Origin: Marsupella aquatica
Lineage: Eukaryota > Plantae > Marchantiophyta
Direction of reading: 5' to 3'
Length of the DNA stretch: 64,000 nt
NCBI GenBank assembly: GCA_973895155.1
Contig: OZ316898.1
Location: forward strand, 21,091,292 to 21,155,291
Shown here: positions 38,447-48,019 of the stretch, piece after piece
Layout: each line of letters opens with the position of its first letter
Position numbering within the stretch: the first letter of the stretch is position 1
The notes under the pieces: model-generated
Seen by the model: only the letters and a program-made list of their open reading frames with translations
Databases searched by the model: none
What the model was told of the DNA's origin: nothing
Translations under genes and position numbers: made by a program

Positions 38447-41400
38447 TGTGATGCCTAGACAGGAATCACTCGGCCGGTTAAGTGGGTAAAGCAGGAAGGC
38501 ACCCTAGGAACACCTTAGTATAGGGACAAAACAAGGAAAATATAAACAATTAGGGGCAACCATGGAACCCGGGCCGAGGCCGGAGGTAAGGCTGAGGGTG
38601 AAAACCCGATTAGGGTTAGGGCGCGTTAAGCGTCGGCGGCTAGGAAGGATCAACGGGAAGAAGGACCGGCAGAGGAGAGGGGTAAGGAGCGCTTGCAGGA
38701 GATGGTGGCTCATTTGCGAGCACGAACTAGGCAGACGACTACGGGAGGCCAACTACTGTCAGCTGCTTAGGCAAGCACTCGGGGAGAGAGTAGATACCGA
38801 CGATCGACCTAAGGAGGGTACGAGCAACGTCAATCAAGCGGCACATTTCTGGGGATGCCTGTTCGAACGGGCAACTGAGTACATCAAGACTTACGAGGAC
38901 GAGGAATCAGAAAGGGCAGCTCGAGAACGGCAGGAGCTCGCTCGATTGTGGGAGCTGCAGAAGACGGCTTTCTTAGGAGGCGAACTCATCAAGGACGAGT
39001 TCCTGTGGACGCCTACTTCCAATCAACTCGACGATCTTCTGTTTTGCAAAGACAGTGTCGTCGGCATCCGAGAGGCCATCAAGAACTGCAACGACATACA
39101 CTGGGAATTAAAGGGTAGCACGGAAAGGTGGACCCAGGCAACGGTGCTAGGAGAAACCTCCACGGCAGCAGAGATGAAGAGGAAGGGAGCCGTCAACGAT
39201 GAAGCCACCCCGGCAAAAAGAACGAGGTCGGCGGCACCAAAGAAGCCAGCCGAGCAGCAGAGCAGGAGGCAGGGAGAAGCCGAAGAGGAGGAGGTCGATC
39301 CCATCAAGGCCATTCCAACCAGGGATGACACCTGGAAGGGCTGGGCGGCAACCCTACCGGTGGAGGTGCAACTACATTTTGCACGGGAGGAGGATGCATG
39401 CTTTACGGCCATGCAGACCAAGAAGTACCAAGGCTTCATGGCCGGATCCGGCTTAGAGGCCTTTGTAAGATTACCATGGCTGAAGCCGGAGGTACCGGAG
39501 TCAGACCTATTAGAATTCGTGGGGTCATGGGAACCCGAGACCAATTGCACGAGGATATATGGGAAGGATTTCTATCTTACTCCCAAGGTAATTGCCGAAG
39601 TGTTTGGCTTGCCGATAGGCAATAAGACCAAAGTTGATACCAAGAAGACCTTGCCTGACAAGGAGTTCCGGTCGTTCCCCGGGCCATCAACGAAGAATGG
39701 CTTCTTCCGGAACACCTGCACCAACCCGCACATAGGAGAGATGATCGACTTCTTGCGGGTGACCATGCATTGTAACTTGCCGAGGGCAGAGATCGGCAAG
39801 GCACAGGTCTATCTGGTAGAAAGGCCAGACCCAAGCCGGGACTACAACGGGTACCTCCTCAACCAATTGAAGAAGATCTTAAAGGAGGAGCAGCAGGTAA
39901 TCGGCATGGGGAGCGTGTCGCGGCTTGGCTATCACATGCCGCTGTTGTGCCGGTATGCCAGAGGTCAGACTTTTGCCCCGGTACTTCCCCTGCAGGTAAG
40001 GGCACCCGAGGAAGCTCCAACGCCGAGGCCGTTGGCTGAGAAGCCTCAACCACCTGTTAGTCCTACGATCGAGCAGGTGTTTAGGCCCAGGAAGGAGGAC
40101 TTGCCGATGCAGCAACCAGGCATGCAGAGTCTGCTGAAACTACTGGAGAAAGAAAAGAAATCGGCATCGGCAACAACAACGGCAACGGCAACAATGCAGG
40201 ACACTACTACAGAGGTAGGCCTACACCGGCTCACAAGAGAAAACCCCTTTGCTGGAGACAAGGAGAGAATCAGGCCGGAATCCAAGCCAGGTGTTCGAAT
40301 GTACGTGGGAACCTCAAGCTCCGAATCTGAGGCAGAATTGCCTGAAGCTCCTACCGACGAAGAGGAGAGGGAGAAGCCGGACGTCCAAGAGGTAGAGGAG
40401 GCAGTGGAGGACTGCAGCCATGATAATTCCGGCTATGGGTCGGACCATCACGTTCCAGGAGTAAGGACCTGTGGCCGGTTTGTCCCCACACTTCCAAGGG
40501 TAGTGCGAGGGGACCCCAACCAGCAGAGTAGCCCTGAGTCTCCCCCACCAGATGTTGCTCCCCCGAGCTTCGACGGCATAAAACAGACGGTGCAGGAATT
40601 TCAGGAGCGAATCAAGCAGGAGGAGGAGGCCGCCCAGGCTAAGGAAAAGGATTTACCAGGAGGAGATTGGCCGGAGGACATCAGGCGGCTAGCCAAAAAA
40701 GGAAGCAAACCTCTAGCCACGATTGAAGAGATCCGCAGGACGGCTTGGGAGCAGAGGCCGCGATGGGCGATGCCGATCACTTCTACTTACTCCACCTACG
40801 CTAAGAATAGAGCCATGGAGTATGGTGAGATGTGTGGGGAACTTGCGCTCGGCATCTTTGGAGAGGAGTTGGAGGTAGGACCCTTTTTCCATAGGGAGCA
40901 GTTGGAGAAGCACCAATTAGAAGAAGCGATGGCTTTAGAGAGAAGCAAGAAGGACGAGGTCATTCGGCGGCTTAGGAGGATGGAAGCCGAGATTGAAGAT
41001 CTAAGGGCGGCCAAGAAAGCCCAAGATGAACTGCGGATTAAACGACATGAGCTGAACATCATGCAGGGGCAGTTGGACACCGCGCAGGCTGATAATCAGA
41101 ATATCAAGGATAAACTGACTCAGACGCAGGGAGAGTTGGCCGACACGATCAAAGAGAGGGAGAAGTGGAAGCAAGAGCTGAAGAATACAGAGGAGGCCCA
41201 CATAACAGCCAACAACCGGGCCATGGCGGAGACCCAAAGAAAGGAATGGGCGTTGAAAGGGGAGCTCGAGAAAATCCGCGGAGCCCTTGAGCAGAAGGAG
41301 GCCGAGTTAGGGAAATCCTATCAAGGGATTATGGCGCTGCAGCAAGAGCTTGCGTCCCTGACGGCCAGCTTCAAGGCCGACCTAAGGGAGAGGGACGAGA

Positions 41401-43105
41401 TGCTCGAACAGACTTACGCCAAGATGAACCAGATGGAGTCTGTCATCATTGCAGAGCTCGACAAGGAGCTAAAAGCAACCCAGGAGGAGAGGACTACCTT
41501 GAAACAAGAACACGAGGAAGCCCAGAAGGAACTAGAGGAGGCACGCAAGGACCTGGATGAGACCCAGGAGGAGTTGGAGGAAATCACGAGGAAGATGGAG
41601 AACCTCCAGCGGCAGGCCGACAACCAAACGGAGCGGCTGAAGAAACAAGCCGCAGTATTTAGGTGCTTGTCTTCATCAGGCCCAACTCCAATTGGGGCAA
41701 CCAAGTTACCAGGAGTGGTACTGGCCGAAGAAAAAGCTGCGCCAACTGCACCAGTGCCGGAGGTAAGTGGGAAGGGGAAGGGACCAGCCGCCGAACCAGA
41801 AAAGAAGAAAAAGCGGAAACCTTCAGGGTCAAGGAGTAATCCGACTCCACAAGCCGTGGTGACCAAAGAGGTAGAACCAGCACCATCCTCCGACATGAAT
41901 ACGGCAATAGATCCCGCTATGATCACAGGTGGGGGTGGTGCGGCCCAAGCCGAACTACTCAGTAAGGAGGCCGGTATTCCAGATCCGCCTCTTGAGCAGG
42001 CCGGGGAGACCGTAGCCGAGGCTGAGGCCGTAACCGATTCTCGAGCCGATGCCGACGCCGATGGTGGACCCAGTCAGGCCGATGGAGAGTTGACTCAGTC
42101 AAGGGCAGGTAATCTGTCAGGGAATGAGCCTACGGCAGTGGCTGAGGAGGAAGCGTTGGGGGCGTCCATTAAGGATCCACCACCGGTGTCGTGACGGTGC
42201 AAGGGCGCCGTTCCTTTTAGGGAGGGCGGACGTGGAGGGAGGAGGCGTGAGTGGGCAGGGCTGGCGCGGATCTCCACGTTTAGGATTAGGATCAGAACCA
42301 GGAGCGGCCCTGACACTTAGCTTAGTGGGATTGCGGTCCCACTGGTAGGAGCAACACTTGTGCTCCTGCCTTGCTGTACATAGGTAGATTCGGGCAAGTA
42401 GATTACTGTTAAGTAGATTAGGCTTACGATGCAAAGAATGGCGGATCCACTACCAGGATAAGTACCTGGGCAGCGGGGAGCTCAGGGCCTCTTCTTTAGC
42501 AAGTTTTTAGTTTGCACCAGCCGGGCTGGGATCAAGTAGTACGAGAAGCTCTTGGTTAGTCATACAGTGACCCTTGTGTATATTCATGTTTCCTCATGCC
42601 TAAGAGCTGAATAGAGTTGGCCTCACGGCTTAGTTCGCAGAACTTGTGTATGAGATGTACTGTTTGTATGGCAAGTGCATGGTATGACTCAGTCAGAATG
42701 AGTCATTTTGCTATTTGTGTGTCGCATTAACTTGTGTGAAGAGTGCCCACATCAACAGAAGGAAGGAAAGTAAGCAGGGGAGTGAGAGTTGGATGTGTCG
42801 AGCTGAGAGAGGTCTTAGCGGCTTAACCAAGCCTATTGGGGATCATTCCGGCGGCGGAATCCAAACATACCTAACAAGACGGAGGGGAAGACAGGGGAAG
42901 GCCTATATTAGGCCGGCTACGTATCTCATGACCCGATGAAGGATCTGTCCAGTATATGTGTGTAAAAGGTTAATAGTAGTAGTAGAAGGTTAGCAGCGTC
43001 CCATGCCGCTAAGCCGCGGAAACGGCCTCGCCAAGCACGAAACCTGCGGGAATCGGCTTGAGCTGGGGGGTTTCTTGGGTTTAGGGAGCCATGGGACGCA
43101 CCACA
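38447..43105 (+). mobile_element. Family-A solo-LTR-like unit (copy 1), 4659 bp, nested in the family-B 5' LTR gene
   Basis: TGTGATGCC...GCACCACA termini (imperfect 8-bp inverted ends); TSD ATGCG at 38442-38446 and 43106-43110; no gag/pol inside. Confidence 0.96.
38562..42194 (+). CDS. Family-A accessory protein, 1210 codons: domain X, PMD-like domain, acidic/Pro linker, ~250-aa coiled coil, Lys-rich NLS-like patch
   Basis: Uninterrupted ORF filling ~78% of the unit. LLEFVGSWEPET...LTPKVIAEVFGLPIG resembles the plant mobile domain motif (ERWRPET...LLGLPIDG); KKKKRK near the C-terminus. True start may be near 38820 (ATG in copy 2, ACG here). Confidence 0.88.
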   Translation: MEPGPRPEVRLRVKTRLGLGRVKRRRLGRINGKKDRQRRGVRSACRRWWLICEHELGRRLREANYCQLLRQALGERVDTDDRPKEGTSNVNQAAHFWGCLFERATEYIKTYEDEESERAARERQELARLWELQKTAFLGGELIKDEFLWTPTSNQLDDLLFCKDSVVGIREAIKNCNDIHWELKGSTERWTQATVLGETSTAAEMKRKGAVNDEATPAKRTRSAAPKKPAEQQSRRQGEAEEEEVDPIKAIPTRDDTWKGWAATLPVEVQLHFAREEDACFTAMQTKKYQGFMAGSGLEAFVRLPWLKPEVPESDLLEFVGSWEPETNCTRIYGKDFYLTPKVIAEVFGLPIGNKTKVDTKKTLPDKEFRSFPGPSTKNGFFRNTCTNPHIGEMIDFLRVTMHCNLPRAEIGKAQVYLVERPDPSRDYNGYLLNQLKKILKEEQQVIGMGSVSRLGYHMPLLCRYARGQTFAPVLPLQVRAPEEAPTPRPLAEKPQPPVSPTIEQVFRPRKEDLPMQQPGMQSLLKLLEKEKKSASATTTATATMQDTTTEVGLHRLTRENPFAGDKERIRPESKPGVRMYVGTSSSESEAELPEAPTDEEEREKPDVQEVEEAVEDCSHDNSGYGSDHHVPGVRTCGRFVPTLPRVVRGDPNQQSSPESPPPDVAPPSFDGIKQTVQEFQERIKQEEEAAQAKEKDLPGGDWPEDIRRLAKKGSKPLATIEEIRRTAWEQRPRWAMPITSTYSTYAKNRAMEYGEMCGELALGIFGEELEVGPFFHREQLEKHQLEEAMALERSKKDEVIRRLRRMEAEIEDLRAAKKAQDELRIKRHELNIMQGQLDTAQADNQNIKDKLTQTQGELADTIKEREKWKQELKNTEEAHITANNRAMAETQRKEWALKGELEKIRGALEQKEAELGKSYQGIMALQQELASLTASFKADLRERDEMLEQTYAKMNQMESVIIAELDKELKATQEERTTLKQEHEEAQKELEEARKDLDETQEELEEITRKMENLQRQADNQTERLKKQAAVFRCLSSSGPTPIGATKLPGVVLAEEKAAPTAPVPEVSGKGKGPAAEPEKKKKRKPSGSRSNPTPQAVVTKEVEPAPSSDMNTAIDPAMITGGGGAAQAELLSKEAGIPDPPLEQAGETVAEAEAVTDSRADADADGGPSQADGELTQSRAGNLSGNEPTAVAEEEALGASIKDPPPVS

Positions 43106-44950
43106 ATGCGACCCAACTAGCCGGGCTAAGTACAGAAGTTGGTACGGCAGAGGTCTTACCCGAACCCGGGTCTCCCAAGGACCCACTGGTGGCAATTGCA
43201 GAGAACCGGACATTGCTGCAGGAGGACACTCCAGCCCCTTCCAATGTTATGTCCCCAGGGCTAGACGTCACTGCCCCGGCCCCTGCGCGTGTTGACGTCT
43301 GCCCGTGCCCAAATCCGGACAGGCACAACTTGGACCTCCCGAAACTCTTCGTACAGGGTACGTTTCTGAACGGGCTTCTGGGAGATTTCTCTCATCAAAT
43401 TTCCCGGGATACCAGGGAGTTCATGGCCCGGAAGGTAGCCTGTTTCTTCAATCAGGAGTTGGTTGCCCCAGTAAAGGCAGGTCGGGCCCAGTCGGAGGCC
43501 CTTCAGAGGATAGAGCGGTACCGGGTGGAGTCCGTGTACCTAAAGAATGAAGTGGCGGCTCAAGAGGCTGAGCTTCTGCAACTACAACCCAAGGTTGCAG
43601 CCGCCGATGAGTTGTTAGCAAAGGCGCACGCTCTTACCGCCCTAGCCGAACAGGCCAAAGCTGGGAACGAGGCCGAGATTACACGACTCCGGAACCAGAT
43701 TGACAGTTTGAAGAAACAAGCTATCACCTGGCAGAAAGACCTGGAGGAGGCCGAGGAGCGAGCCCAGCGGGACACGGCGGAGATAGCCACGCTGCAGGCC
43801 GAGATAGCGCGGCTCCAAACCAAGGCCGAGAAGCAGGATCAGCTGGCGGCTAAACTGACGAGCGACGCCCAACAGCTGGAGGAGGCATGTCAGGAGGCAG
43901 CAGAGGAGACAGACGCGGCGAGGCGAGAGAACGAATCTCTGCTGGACCAGGTCCAGCTCCTCAAAGCGGACAATGACAGGCTTCGAAGGCAGTGGGATGG
44001 CCGTTCCCATTCGAGCGGCTCTGGCAAGCGTGCCAGGCATTAGCGGTGGAGTAGGAATAGATTAGGATTAGGATTGGCTTAGTCAGGCTCTTGGGATAGG
44101 CACCTGCCTTAGGTACAGCAGCGCTGCCCTACTGTCCAGCCTGCGTAGATTAGGATCTTCTAATAAGACAGCCATTTTCCGGCCAGACTGTCAGCTTAGT
44201 TAGAACCTTAGTCAGCGAATCTTCGGCGAGCGGACACCCCGTCCCTCGGCCCTTAGTATTTAGTGCACCCCTCGGTAGAGGCAGAGGGGGTTTTTAGTTT
44301 CAGAGTCGGACATCCGCGGGATATGCGGGGAGTCCCGACCTCTGGGAATGAAAGAGTACCAAGGGGAGGGGGTAGGACTAAGCTCGTCGGGCGAGTGCGG
44401 AGCCGGGCTCCATTGTAGTGTGCACCCTTGGCCTTGAACCTGTTCATTCCAGGGCTGTCGGGTCAACTAAGTGTACGCATATGTTCCCTTTGTAGTAAAA
44501 TCCTTTCCCATCATTTTCCTTCGTGTAAATCGAGATTGTATGCATGTGTGCGCATATGTGTGTGGGTTTCTCGTATATGGGTGGCAGCGCCAGGCCGAAC
44601 GCACTACCCGAGACGTGCACAGGGTGCAGCCTGCGGGTAAGTGGTTGCGAGCACGGGTTGGGGACCTGTATCATCGAATCCGAATCAAAGGCGGACAGCA
44701 CGAAGGCTTAGAAGCCCTTAAGCCGGGGTCGATCCTGCTATCGACTAAGGTACGTTCCGGCGGCGGAACACAAACCATACCTAGGAGGTGTCCGTATTTA
44801 GCAGTAGGCGCACTTAGCGCTAGTTTACGAGAATAAGGTGCATTACGTGCTTCCCTTCCTGCCCGAACCCTCAGATTTACGAGGGATGTGCCCGTCTACG
44901 CTGAAGTCTGAGTTAAGGCCGAAGCCTGTGACGTGACATAGCCTTTGTTT

Positions 44951-44968
44951 TGGCGCTAGATGGAGGGG
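44951..44968 (+). promoter_or_regulatory. Primer-binding site, tRNA-Asn
   Basis: TGGCGCTAGATGGAGGGG is complementary (one mismatch) to the 3' end of plant tRNA-Asn(GUU) as I recall it (...CCCCUCCUUCUAGCGCCA); 12 nt after the LTR end. Confidence 0.8.
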
Positions 44969-45061
44969 GCACTCTACATATCGTAGAGGGGAGACATGTG
45001 CGTATTCACCTAGGCAGGATACATCAGGACGTAGTACTAACCATTGCATTTATATGAGTAA

Positions 45062-48019
45062 ATGCCCGTCACTCGTTCTCAAGCAGCTTACTTGAGGAGA
45101 TTGACCAGCGAACGAGAAAGTGCAACCACAACAAGCTCCGACTCGTCGGGCTCGGAGGACTCGCAATCGTCCCGACGTATGAACATACCCCCGGGACCTT
45201 CGGGGTCCGGTTCGACCGGCCCTGCTGCGGTTCCACCACCACCACCACCACCACCTATGGCAGTCGCTCCACCGGTGGCCCGCGCTGCTCAAGCGCCTCC
45301 ACAAATATCGCAACGATCGCGATTTCATTATCGACCTTTCAAAGGGCGTCATGGGGATGATCCGGATGAATGGTTGGATGAGTTTGAAGCCACTGCTAAA
45401 GCTAATGGGGAAGACGCCATTAAGCTAACCGTCCTCCCGGGAGTGATGCGGGGAGAAGCTCGTCCATGGTACAACTCGTTACCACCCGGGACTACCTGGG
45501 CACAATTCCAAGCTGCATTGCTGCAGGAGTTTCGTGCCATTAGATCAGAACAACGTTCTCTATTAAAGATTGGCCAGCTTCGCATGGGAAAAAAAGAGTC
45601 CCTACGGAAGTTCATTCAGAAGTTTCAGAAACTTGCGGCCAAGATCCGGCCCAGACCAGGAGACGCGCTCCAGCTTACATGGTTCCTTCATGGTTTGCCC
45701 ACTAATATGCAATTCTGGGTATGCCAGAATAATCCAATTTCAATGCAGGCGGCCATAGCGTGCGCCGAAACTTACCGGGAGTCCACCTATAACTCCCGGC
45801 GGAACCAGCGAGCATGCCGCAGGAAGGGTAAGTATGAAACCTTCAGTGACAGTGACTCCGAATCGGACGACGAGAGGAAGAAGAAACGCAAGAAGAAGAA
45901 GAAACATCGTTCGACCTTGTCCAGCTCCGAGACGGAATCCAGTTCGGATTCAACTTCAAGCATCGGATCCTCCACCTCCAGTTCATCAGGAAGTGACTCG
46001 GAGAGCGAAAGCCGGAGCAAAAAGAAGAAGAAACGAGTGAAGAAGGAGGGGAAGATTAAACCCCGGGCGCGAAGAACGATACCAGATCCAAAGGCTGCCG
46101 AAGCAGACAAGCTGAACAAAATCACGGATCGACTCAAAGCACTGTCAGTACATCTTGCGGAAAAGCCGGTGGAGAAGAAGAAGCCATCTGAGATTCGAGC
46201 CCATGCGTGGTGTTCAAAGTGCTTCCAATCCGGCCATGTGGTGCAGGAATGCCCAAGGTGGAAGAACCGAGTTCACCAAGTAGAGCTGGATGATGTTGAC
46301 AACCCGGGCCCCGAATCAGAGTCCATAGAGTATTTCTTTGAGGACCCTCCTGTTTCCGTGTACCAGATTTCAACGGTAGGTCTGCGTAATTTAGCGGGTA
46401 GAACTGCGTACCCCTACCCAAGTAATGGCCGGAGTTTCCAGGTTATCAGTAACCCGAGCATCCCTCCTAAGCCAGGGATTTGGCGGTCCCCGGTTTGTTA
46501 CAACTGTGAAAAGCCAGGACACTTTGCGAGGGAATGCACCGAACCAAGACGTCAGGGAGATGGCCGAGGCACCCCACTATGTCAAGTTTGCAAAATGGAG
46601 GCTCATTCCACGGCCAACTGTCCGTTGGTAATCGCTGCTCGAATGAGCACGGCTAGACCGGCCCAGGCTGGACCAGTCACGAGCGATGCAGTCGTCCAAA
46701 TGATTGTTGTAGAATGGCAAGATGACAACACCGAGTGGGTGAATCTGGTGGACGTGGCGGAACATCCTAATCCATTGGATGAGGCCGAGTGCTACCGAGT
46801 GTCGACAAGGGCCGAACGGAAGGAAGAAAAGACGGAGGAGAAACGAAGGAAAAAGCAAGATACTACTCCGGTGCAGCCAGCGATAAATATACCCCCGGAA
46901 AAGGACGATGACTACCGACGGGACGACCCGAAGCTGTTCTTCCCCCGCATCGAAGAATTGGTAAAGAAACAGCTGGAGGCTTACGAAGCTCGGGAATACC
47001 AGAAGGCAATCGATAAGGACATCAAAGCAGCCGAGACAGCCCGGCGACAGGAGCACGAAAAGCAAGATAAACAAGAGGAAGCCAAGCAGCAGCCAACGAA
47101 AGAAACAAAGGAGGACTATGATATTAAGGAGGACATGAAGAGTTGCTCGGTTACAGCGACGGTGGGGCAACTACTGCAGAACAACCCACAGTACAGACGA
47201 CAACTGAGGGAGTTGCTCATGGGTCGCCGAAGGAGGAGACTACCCCGAGTTGGGAGTGCGGACTGCAACATGATATGCGAGGACCTTGGAGCACCGGACA
47301 TCTCGATCGAAATTAATAACTGTACCATCAAGATGGTTCTTGTAGACGGAGGAGCGGGAGTCAACATCATGACTGAAGAAACGTCAGTCAAGTTAGGATA
47401 CCTCACGTATCAACCCACGGCCCGAGCTATCAGATTAGCAAACGGGGCAAGGGTCCTCCCATTAGGCACGCTCACACGAGTGCTCACTCTGGTGGGAGGG
47501 GTAGAGTTCTATCTCAACTTCTTAGTCATGAGGCCGGTTCGTCCCTCCTCTTACCCGGTTCTTCTGGGCAGGCCGTGGTTGTACGGTGGCCGCGTAGTCA
47601 CGGATTGGGGAAAGAAGGAGCTACGGTTCGGGGAACCCACCGTACGGGTATCCTGGGCAATGGACGATTATCAGGGAGAAACCCCACAAGGACCCGAGGA
47701 ATATGATTCGGAGACCTCAGAGGAAGAGGAACTCAATATGATCGAACTCATCTCGTTCCTATCCGAGGAAGATGTCTTCGGAGTTGAAGCAACCCGAGAA
47801 ACACATCTCCTAAATTACCCGAGGGCTGCCATTGTGTCCACCCCAAGCACATCTACTGTCAGGGATGAGGAAACGCACGAACAACTCGTCAAGACGGAGG
47901 ACACGGCTCCAGCTAAGCAGGGAGCCGAGGCTACTCCTTCCATTTCAGAGCCTCGTAACCATGAACCAGCCCAACAACCGCCTGAGGCCGAAAACTCGAG
48001 ACCGAGACATAAAAAGTGA
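45062..48019 (+). CDS. gag: Gag (capsid, three CCHC knuckles) + aspartic protease
   Basis: FKGRHGDDPDEWL...GEARPWY capsid motifs; CSKCFQSGHVVQEC, CYNCEKPGHFAREC, CQVCKMEAHSTANC; protease VLVDGGAGVNIM and VLLGRPWL. Confidence 0.95.
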   Translation: MPVTRSQAAYLRRLTSERESATTTSSDSSGSEDSQSSRRMNIPPGPSGSGSTGPAAVPPPPPPPPMAVAPPVARAAQAPPQISQRSRFHYRPFKGRHGDDPDEWLDEFEATAKANGEDAIKLTVLPGVMRGEARPWYNSLPPGTTWAQFQAALLQEFRAIRSEQRSLLKIGQLRMGKKESLRKFIQKFQKLAAKIRPRPGDALQLTWFLHGLPTNMQFWVCQNNPISMQAAIACAETYRESTYNSRRNQRACRRKGKYETFSDSDSESDDERKKKRKKKKKHRSTLSSSETESSSDSTSSIGSSTSSSSGSDSESESRSKKKKKRVKKEGKIKPRARRTIPDPKAAEADKLNKITDRLKALSVHLAEKPVEKKKPSEIRAHAWCSKCFQSGHVVQECPRWKNRVHQVELDDVDNPGPESESIEYFFEDPPVSVYQISTVGLRNLAGRTAYPYPSNGRSFQVISNPSIPPKPGIWRSPVCYNCEKPGHFARECTEPRRQGDGRGTPLCQVCKMEAHSTANCPLVIAARMSTARPAQAGPVTSDAVVQMIVVEWQDDNTEWVNLVDVAEHPNPLDEAECYRVSTRAERKEEKTEEKRRKKQDTTPVQPAINIPPEKDDDYRRDDPKLFFPRIEELVKKQLEAYEAREYQKAIDKDIKAAETARRQEHEKQDKQEEAKQQPTKETKEDYDIKEDMKSCSVTATVGQLLQNNPQYRRQLRELLMGRRRRRLPRVGSADCNMICEDLGAPDISIEINNCTIKMVLVDGGAGVNIMTEETSVKLGYLTYQPTARAIRLANGARVLPLGTLTRVLTLVGGVEFYLNFLVMRPVRPSSYPVLLGRPWLYGGRVVTDWGKKELRFGEPTVRVSWAMDDYQGETPQGPEEYDSETSEEEELNMIELISFLSEEDVFGVEATRETHLLNYPRAAIVSTPSTSTVRDEETHEQLVKTEDTAPAKQGAEATPSISEPRNHEPAQQPPEAENSRPRHKK

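Larger units (their letters stand above)
36725..44043 (+). pseudogene. LTR-encoded accessory gene of family B (~884 codons: domain X, P/Q linker, PMD-like, coiled coil), disrupted
   Basis: ORFs 36725-37042 and 37169-38446 are in one frame with TAGs at 37040 and 37160. Removing 38447-43110 joins ...VDA|TQLAG... in frame to the stop at 44043. Confidence 0.85.
36259..44938 (+). repeat. 5' LTR of family B (~4016 bp after removing the nested family-A unit and one TSD)
   Basis: 36259-36900 and 43417-44938 match the 3' LTR; about 13 substitutions counted in the first ~640 bp, nearly all transitions. Confidence 0.95.

Noticed and set aside
39023-42434. Numerous antisense and alternate-frame ORFs over the TE genes
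   Set aside because: Shadows of long GC-rich coding frames, repeated only because the elements are repeated.
42900-42960. Hammerhead ribozyme (retrozyme-like) in the family-A unit
   Set aside because: CCGATGAAG is not the CTGANGA core, and no matching GAAA with stems was found; CTGATGA at 31691 also lacks supporting stems.
22534-43105. Inverted 4.3-kb pair as giant TIRs of one element
   Set aside because: Each copy has its own distinct 5-bp TSD, so they are independent insertions.
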